In this document: piece by piece, positions 57,592 to 64,000 of the stretch
Layout of the letters: every line of letters begins with the position of its first letter
Position numbering within the stretch: the first letter of the stretch is position 1
Assembly: GCA_963754655.1 (NCBI GenBank)
Contig: CAVWGN010000001.1
Span: 2,432,001 to 2,496,000 of the forward strand
DNA: 64,000 nucleotides
DNA from: an uncultured Chlamydiae bacterium
GTDB lineage: Bacteria; Chlamydiota; Chlamydiia; Chlamydiales; Parachlamydiaceae
Direction: 5' to 3'
Position numbers and translations under genes: made by a program
Notes under the pieces: generated by a model
Database searches by the model: none
What the model was told of the DNA's origin: nothing
The model's input: the letters and a program-made list of their open reading frames with translations, nothing else

Positions 57592-57939
57592 TTAAACGCC
57601 TACTTCTACGCCATTATGAGAATATTCGGGTTGTTCTGTCTCTACCACTTGCCGCATTTTTTTTCCAGGTGTAAACTTAACAGCAAGACGGGCAGGAATC
57701 ACAATAGGCACTGCTGCATTCTTGGGATTTCTCCCAATTTTTTGCTTTCTCTCGACAACCTCAAAAACACCGAATTCACGAAATTCCAATCTCTCTCCTT
57801 GCGATAAGCAATCTGTGATTTTATCCAAAAAAGCCTGTATCACATGACGGACATCATTTGGATGAATCCCCTTATCTTGTGAAATGGAATTAATGAGTTT
57901 TTTCTTTGTCATGGTGTTTTTCTTTGTACTGGTTGCCAT
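57592..57939 (-). CDS. HU/IHF family DNA-binding protein
   Basis: FREFGVF and GRNPK...IPAR..VKFTPGK. Start is likely MATSTKK at 57939. Confidence 0.93.
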   Translation of the reverse strand: MATSTKKNTMTKKKLINSISQDKGIHPNDVRHVIQAFLDKITDCLSQGERLEFREFGVFEVVERKQKIGRNPKNAAVPIVIPARLAVKFTPGKKMRQVVETEQPEYSHNGVEVGV

Positions 57940-58177
57940 AGGCTCTGCTCCTTCATTTTGCACTTTTTTCGTTAGATTTCTGAATTTCCGACATTGTCAT
58001 ATCCTTTTGATTTTCAAGCAAGTTCTTTTTAGTTCTTTTTGTTTTTTTCAAAACTATTGAACTCCTCCAAAACCAATTTTCTGCCAAAAACCCCTCTTTT
58101 TTCTAACACTTGGTAAATAAAGATTTTAGTGAATATTTCCTATAATAAGAAATACTGTTTTGAATTCAAGATTAATT

Positions 58178-59464
58178 TTAACTTCCGCTAATGCGCACAA
58201 GCATTTTATTCTTTTTCCCTACCGCTATAAGCATTAAGTTATTGTCTATTAACAACTTATGATTTATCACGCAATTTTCATCTTCTATTTTTTCATTATT
58301 GATGTAAACTCCGCCGTTGCGTAATAAACGTCTTGCTTCGCCTTTGCTACCCTGTAGGCCAATTTCTACTAAAAGATCAATCAATTTTATATTTAAAACT
58401 TTTTCCAATGGCAGCTGGCAACTGGGCATATCAGAAGCTACACTTTCGAGCATATTCGCATTCAATTGCGTTTGCATGCCGGGAGCGATTCCTTCTGTCA
58501 CGCGAATGGCGGTTTGCAATCCTTCCTTACCATGTACAAGACGGGTGATTTCCTCTGCTAAACGCTTTTGAGCGGTGCGTGGGACAGCATCAGCCTCTTG
58601 CATTTGCTTTTCATAATGACGAATTTCTGCCATGTCCATAAAAGTCAGCATACGCATCAATTTAATCACATCGGCATCTTCTACGCGGATAAGGTATTGA
58701 TAAAATTCATAAGAGGAAAGTTTCTCTGGAGAAAGCCAAATAGCTCCTTTTTCTGATTTGCCAAACTTTTGCCCATCGCTGCGAGTCAAGAGGGGAAAGG
58801 TAATGCCATAAGCAGATTTGCCATGAACTTTACGGATGAGATCGGTGCCGGCGGTAATATTTCCCCATTGATCACTTCCCCCAAGTTGAATGGTCACGCC
58901 ATAATGTTGATAAAGATGTAAAAAATCATATCCTTGCAAAATTTGATAGCTAAATTCGGTAAAGCTCATCCCCTCTTCTGATTGCAAGCGCAATTTTACG
59001 CTTTCTTTTGCCAACATGGGCCCTATACGGTAAAGAGAACCAATCTCACGTAAAAATTGAATAAAAGAGAAATCTTTGTACCAATCAAAGTTATTTAAGA
59101 TCAGGGGACGTGCGTCAGCATGTTGAAAATCTAAAATGATTTCTAAATTTTTTCTAATTCCTTTCAAATTGTTTTCCAGTGTTGCTTCATCAAGCAATTG
59201 ACGCTCCGCACTTTTGCCTGATGGATCCCCTATCATGCCAGTCGCTCCTCCAACAATTGCGACAGGCATATGTCCAAATCGTTGGAACCATGCGAGGCCC
59301 ATAATGGCGACTAAATTACCCAGATGCAAGCTGTCGGCAGTAGGATCAAAACCACAATAAATGCGAGTCGGCTGCTGAGTCAATTGGTGCAGCTCATCGC
59401 TTGTTAAAGCTTCAATAAATCCACGTTCTTTTAAAACATCAATAACAGTTGCCATGGTTTTCAT
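58178..59464 (-). CDS. tyrS: Tyrosine--tRNA ligase
   Basis: YCGFDPTADSLHLGN, GGSDQWGNI, KFGKSE and a C-terminal S4 domain. Confidence 0.97.
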   Translation of the reverse strand: MKTMATVIDVLKERGFIEALTSDELHQLTQQPTRIYCGFDPTADSLHLGNLVAIMGLAWFQRFGHMPVAIVGGATGMIGDPSGKSAERQLLDEATLENNLKGIRKNLEIILDFQHADARPLILNNFDWYKDFSFIQFLREIGSLYRIGPMLAKESVKLRLQSEEGMSFTEFSYQILQGYDFLHLYQHYGVTIQLGGSDQWGNITAGTDLIRKVHGKSAYGITFPLLTRSDGQKFGKSEKGAIWLSPEKLSSYEFYQYLIRVEDADVIKLMRMLTFMDMAEIRHYEKQMQEADAVPRTAQKRLAEEITRLVHGKEGLQTAIRVTEGIAPGMQTQLNANMLESVASDMPSCQLPLEKVLNIKLIDLLVEIGLQGSKGEARRLLRNGGVYINNEKIEDENCVINHKLLIDNNLMLIAVGKKNKMLVRISGS

Positions 59465-59496
59465 CCGGTTAAGAATTAGGCAGATTTGGTCTGAAC

Positions 59497-59525
59497 ATTG
59501 TCTAAATGTCTTGATTTTCTGTCAA
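59497..59525 (-). promoter_or_regulatory. Putative sigma66 promoter of tyrS
   Basis: TTGACA-N17-GACAAT on the minus strand, ~33 nt upstream of the start. Confidence 0.5.
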
Positions 59526-59945
59526 TGTCGATAATTGTTTTTCTCAAGGGGAAATTGCAGGATAAAAATGATTTTAAGCTAGCACTCCATTCGTATTAAT
59601 TTCACTTTAAGATAAGCAGGTGATTGAATGTTATCCCTTAAATAGAAAACAAGTAAAAAATCAAGCTATAAAAATATTATTTTATTTGTTATGATAAAAA
59701 TAAAGATTTATTTGCTCTTCAACTTTGAAAAGGTGTTTAAATTAAACCTAATATTTGCATAAAAGCGCAATGCAAAAGGCCCTAAACTTTTTGTTCACTT
59801 ATCATTTAGCTTATTGCATTAAAGGAACCGAAGATAGCGAAAAAAAATAAATAGCTTGATTTTTTTGCTATTTTTCTTATTCTCCAGATTGAAACAGGCA
59901 ACAACTTTAAGGGAACTCTATAAAACCTATGAGGAGAATTTAATC

Positions 59946-60317
59946 ATGAAAAAGCAACTTTTTCTTTTGTCTTCGCTATGTTTAGTGTTAAGTGCATGTG
60001 AAAATCAATCAAATCCCCCCAATGCAGATAACACGGGACGCAATGTTCGTGATCGTGGACCAACGATAACTCCTGGAGAACAGGGTGAAAGTGAAGCAGA
60101 TCGTACCATTACACAGAAAATTCGCCAATCTTTAATGAATGACGATTCTTTATCAACAAATGGAAAAAACGTTAAAATTATGACAAAGAATGGCACGGTG
60201 GTTTTGCGCGGTGCTGTGAATAGCGATAAAGAAAAGAATGACATTGGCCAAAAAGCACAATCTATTTCTGGTGTCAGTAATGTAGATAATCAATTGGAAA
60301 TTATTCGTAGCGAATAA
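59946..60317 (+). CDS. BON-domain lipoprotein (OsmY-like)
   Basis: GAGGAG SD, lipobox LSAC, and NGTVVLRG...GVSNVDNQL. Confidence 0.9.
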   Translation: MKKQLFLLSSLCLVLSACENQSNPPNADNTGRNVRDRGPTITPGEQGESEADRTITQKIRQSLMNDDSLSTNGKNVKIMTKNGTVVLRGAVNSDKEKNDIGQKAQSISGVSNVDNQLEIIRSE

Positions 60318-60385
60318 TGCGAGTGGTCGCTAGCGGTAATGCGATTCACTTGTGCATAGAGAGTCTTAAAATAAAGGAGATTTTT

Positions 60386-61066
60386 ATGGCTTTTCAAGCA
60401 ATTTATGGTATTGTTAGCAGTAGAGCTAACGCTGAGACAATCATTCAAGCTTTAGTAGATGCAGGTGTTAAACCCCAAGACATTTCTTTTCTCAGTTCGC
60501 AAGGAAAAGAATTTCATGAGCTTAGTCAAGAGGCTCTCCCCTCCAATCGCAATTGGAGAACAGAAGAGCGCGTCACAGATTTTCCTAATGGAAAACAAAT
60601 GCCAGAGCATGTAAGCGATACCACTCAAGCCTCTCGAGGAACTAGTTCGGGACACCAAGGTGGCTTAGGAACTGAAAAACACACTAAAGCTCCAGAAGGA
60701 GCAACAACTGGCGGTGTAACAGGAGGCATTATTGGGGGAACTCTTGGGCTACTGGCTGGAATTGGAGCACTTGCCATTCCAGGATTAGGACCCTTTGTTG
60801 CTGCAGGTCCTCTGATGGCAACATTAGCTGGACTTGGCGCTGGCGGTACAGTAGGAGGAATTGTGGGTAGTCTGGTTGGCGCAGGTATTCCAGAATACGA
60901 AGCGAAGCGATACGAAAATCGCTTGCAACAAGGAGGCATTCTTCTTTCTATTCGTGCCAATAGCGATAGCCTAGCGAAACGCGTCAAAGATATCATGCAA
61001 CAAAATGGCGCTGAAGATGTTTCTATTTCTTCTGAAGCTACAACTTCTAAGAACTATAATAAATAA
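60386..61066 (+). CDS. General-stress-type membrane protein with a Gly-rich hairpin
   Basis: AAGGAG SD and GLLAGIGALAIPGLGPFVAAGP...GIPEYEAKRYE. Confidence 0.85.
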   Translation: MAFQAIYGIVSSRANAETIIQALVDAGVKPQDISFLSSQGKEFHELSQEALPSNRNWRTEERVTDFPNGKQMPEHVSDTTQASRGTSSGHQGGLGTEKHTKAPEGATTGGVTGGIIGGTLGLLAGIGALAIPGLGPFVAAGPLMATLAGLGAGGTVGGIVGSLVGAGIPEYEAKRYENRLQQGGILLSIRANSDSLAKRVKDIMQQNGAEDVSISSEATTSKNYNK

Positions 61067-61087
61067 GTCATTCTTATTTTATTCTTA

Positions 61088-61118
61088 AAAATGGCTATGC
61101 TTTAAGCATAGCCATTTT
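61088..61118. terminator. Bidirectional terminator between convergent genes
   Basis: AAAATGGCTATGCT / AGCATAGCCATTTT. Confidence 0.75.
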
Positions 61119-61875
61119 AAAAGGGATTCACCAAATCTAAGAAATGACAGGGAAGACTTAATGCTTGCTCTAAATGGCTAGCCAACGCTATAGGGCCCAC
61201 TCTTTCAGTAGCAGAATGTCCCAAAGCATAGAAATTAATTTTCTCTTCCAGGGCTTGATGCCAAGTAGGCTCATCAAAACTCCCTGTAATATAAGCATCT
61301 ATTCCTTCTTTAGCTGCATCTAAAATTGTTTTATGAGCTCCTCCAGAAACAAGAGCGACAGTCTGAATAACTGGAGAACCACCCCAAGCACAGGTTGCTG
61401 GATGCTGATAATAAGTCTCTAATCGATTCTTAAATTCTTCTCTCGAACAGGGAGCAATTCTTCCCTTGACACCTACGGGGATTCGTTCCAAATAACCAAA
61501 AGGTTGTAAGTCAGACCATTCTAAATCTTTAGCCGCTTTCCAATTATTGCCAATCAGCGGATGCATATCCAAGGGTAGATGATAGGCAAATAATGAAATC
61601 CCATGTTCAAGCAGCAATTGAAGCTTTTTACGTTTAACGCCTTGAATGATATAGCTATCACGCTGCCAAAAAATTCCATGATGAACAATTAAGGCATCGA
61701 CCCCTTGTTTGACCGCTGCTTCAATAGTTGCTAAACTCGCTGAAACAGCTGTTGCCAACTTTACAATACGTGCTTTGCCTTCTACTTGCAATCCATTAGG
61801 AGCATAATCATTGACCCCTTGACTAGAAAGCAACTGATTTAAATAAATGCATAATTCTTCTAATGTCAACATCAT
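61117..61875 (-). CDS. Nif3-like dinuclear metal center protein
   Basis: DYAPNGLQVEG, IVHHG, YHLPLD and GHSATE. Start is near 61875. Confidence 0.93.
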   Translation of the reverse strand: MMLTLEELCIYLNQLLSSQGVNDYAPNGLQVEGKARIVKLATAVSASLATIEAAVKQGVDALIVHHGIFWQRDSYIIQGVKRKKLQLLLEHGISLFAYHLPLDMHPLIGNNWKAAKDLEWSDLQPFGYLERIPVGVKGRIAPCSREEFKNRLETYYQHPATCAWGGSPVIQTVALVSGGAHKTILDAAKEGIDAYITGSFDEPTWHQALEEKINFYALGHSATERVGPIALASHLEQALSLPCHFLDLVNPF

Positions 61876-61956
61876 TTCCTTAAAAAGTTTGAATTGATTT
61901 GTATGGGGATAATCACATTTACTCAGAGTGTTTTTACTAAAAATATTTGACACTGG

Positions 61957-62234
61957 CAGCCTTTCGAGGCTGACAGGAAATTGATAATTTCAGGCCTTAA
62001 ATAATTTTTGAAACCACCCACAATATACTCAAGACCAGTTAAAAATAAATTATATAAGTCCGAAATATCAATTTCCTGTCAGCCTCTTCAGGCTGATGCG
62101 CTGACTCTCAGATTTTACTTTAGACCCGCAGTCTAATATGGCAAGCTAAAATTCAGCGTATCAGCCTGAAGGGCTGTAAGGCATGGTACAAAAAGAGTAG
62201 ATTTTGGGTAACATGTTTATGCCGTCCTTTCAGG
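61957..62234. repeat. Nested inverted repeats and REP-like units upstream of nif3
   Basis: 21-bp IR at 61966-61986/62066-62086, IR at 62086-62104/62153-62171, and GCCTGAAGGGC motifs. Confidence 0.75.
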
Positions 62235-63692
62235 GACAATTGCAGAATAAACAATAAATTATTTTAATTTACCACTTTCAAAAAAAGGCTCCTTAATATA
62301 GTCTAGATGTAGAAAAACCGTCTTAAACTATACAAGGAACCGAAAAATGTTCAGAGAAAAATTATCGCAAATGTGGAATAACGTACAGTCTACTCTTTTT
62401 CCTGATTTAATCAAACGAACTCATGAACTCTGCCCTGAGTATAAAAAATTAGTATCAATTCTGGAACTTGTTCGTATTGAAAGTCATATTCCGCGATCCT
62501 TCAAATTAGGAAGGCCACCAAAAGATCGCATCGCAATGGCTAGAAGTTTTATCGCAAAAGTAGTCCTAAAACAACCTTACACTAAACAAATTATTCGCCT
62601 GCTAAACCAGGATGAACAATTGAGGATTATTTGTGGTTGGGAGGCAAATCATAAAATTCCTTCTGAATCTAAATTTTCTAGAGCTTTCAAAGAATTTAGC
62701 CAAATAACCCTTCCGGATAGGGTTCACCAAGCATTGGTTAAAGAATTTTACAAGGGAGAGATCATAGGACATGTGATAACAGATTCTACACCCTTAGAAG
62801 CACGTGAAAAATCATTAAAAAAACCATGTGCAAAAACACGTCGAAAAGAAAAAGACAAAGAAAGAAGAAGAATGAAAAGTGCTGGAGAACCAAATCTACG
62901 TCAACAGCAGTTGAATGAACCAGATCTTCGAAAAATGGTAGAACATCTTCCTATAGCATGTGACAAAGGCATGAAAAGAAATCCTCAGGGATTTCACATT
63001 TTTTGGAAAGGCTATAAGTTGCATACTAATGTTGATGATAATGGAGTCCCTTTGGCTGCAATTGTCACATCTGCATCGTGTAATGACTGTGAAGTTGCAA
63101 TTCCTTTATCTCTAAAAACAAGCAAGGTAGTAACTAATTTGTACGATTTAATGGATGCAGCTTACGATTATCCAGAAATCAAGGAATTTAGCCGATCCCT
63201 TAATCATATACCAATTATCGATCAGTGTTCGCGAAGTGCAGCTCAAAAAAAGGCAAAAATGGAAGAGAAAAAAAGAAAAACTCTTTTAAATTTTAAAACA
63301 GCTGAAGAAAAGAGGTACGCAGAGCGATTTCCCAAAGAATCCTTTAATGCATTCTTTAAGGACTATTGTGGAGGACATAGGATATATTACAGAGGATATC
63401 AGAAAGTCTCTTGCCATGCATTATTTGGAGTATTAACAGCGGCCGCTATGATGTTATTGAAATTCACTTCCTAAAGATCGATTAAATTTCAAAGATTGAC
63501 AGTATCTTCTTACGTTACCCCCTGCCAAAATTAGATCAATTTTTAAAAAAATTCAAAAAATTCGAATGTTTTGCATAAAAGTGTTTTTTTTTCATTAAAA
63601 CTTAGTCGTCTAGAATCGATTCTTTTCGATCTCAGGTACAATTGACAGAAAAAAAATCGCAGTATAACACGCTAAATAATTCTGCAATTGTC
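62235..63692 (+). mobile_element. Insertion sequence with a single DDE transposase (IS4/IS5-clan-like), inserted in a REP module
   Basis: TIRs GACAATTGCAGAAT / ATTCTGCAATTGTC. CCTTTCAGG is duplicated at 62226-62234 and 63693-63701. The boundary is ambiguous by 2 nt because the target is quasi-palindromic. Confidence 0.9.
62347..63474 (+). CDS. DDE transposase
   Basis: GRPP, PSESKFSR, TDSTPL, GYKLH and LMDAAYD motifs. Confidence 0.9.
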   Translation: MFREKLSQMWNNVQSTLFPDLIKRTHELCPEYKKLVSILELVRIESHIPRSFKLGRPPKDRIAMARSFIAKVVLKQPYTKQIIRLLNQDEQLRIICGWEANHKIPSESKFSRAFKEFSQITLPDRVHQALVKEFYKGEIIGHVITDSTPLEAREKSLKKPCAKTRRKEKDKERRRMKSAGEPNLRQQQLNEPDLRKMVEHLPIACDKGMKRNPQGFHIFWKGYKLHTNVDDNGVPLAAIVTSASCNDCEVAIPLSLKTSKVVTNLYDLMDAAYDYPEIKEFSRSLNHIPIIDQCSRSAAQKKAKMEEKKRKTLLNFKTAEEKRYAERFPKESFNAFFKDYCGGHRIYYRGYQKVSCHALFGVLTAAAMMLLKFTS

Positions 63693-64000
63693 CCTTTCAG
63701 GACTCGTTGTCTTTTTGATAGAACCCAGGCCTCCGCTTCGCTGCGACCTGGGCTGTAACATGACGACCCTTCAGGCCTTCAGGACTTAACAAGAGAGGTT
63801 TAAGCCCCTCTTCTATAGTCCCTAAATCATCTTTTTGTTAAGGCCTGAGGGGCGGCCCTTCGAGGCTGACAACCCCTCTTCTATAAGTCCCTAAATCATC
63901 TTTTTTTTAAGGCCTGAAGGGCCGTCATGTTACAGCCCAGGTCGCAGCGAAGCGGAGGCCTGGGTTCTATCAAAAAGACATCGAGTCCTGAAAGGACGGC
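63693..64000. repeat. REP-mosaic cluster (third locus), running off the window end
   Basis: Same REP and linker modules as 11996-12689, in both orientations. Confidence 0.9.

Overview
This is a chromosomal window from an environmental chlamydia (Chlamydiota, probably Parachlamydiales). The assignment rests on gene order: infA-tRNAThr-tuf-tRNATrp-secE-nusG-rplKAJL-rpoBC, HEAT-HIT-MYG1-LOG, and msbA-accA-LDT-ihf. rpoB, rpoC and tuf are broken by single-base indels that look like assembly errors. The most unusual content is a family of REP-like palindromic repeats. At two loci they build ~660-690 bp fold-back, TA-flanked, MITE-like elements. All three IS elements in the window, from three unrelated transposase types, sit inside this repeat family with clear target duplications. 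One of them is an unclassified Mutator/IS256-like element with a -1 frameshift. A second 320-bp hairpin MITE with a 9-bp target duplication is also present. Candidate host-directed effectors are a six-repeat eukaryote-like Myb protein (plus a decayed paralog) and a 3057-aa protein combining a putative Cys-protease module with a DUF3638/SF2-like ATPase.
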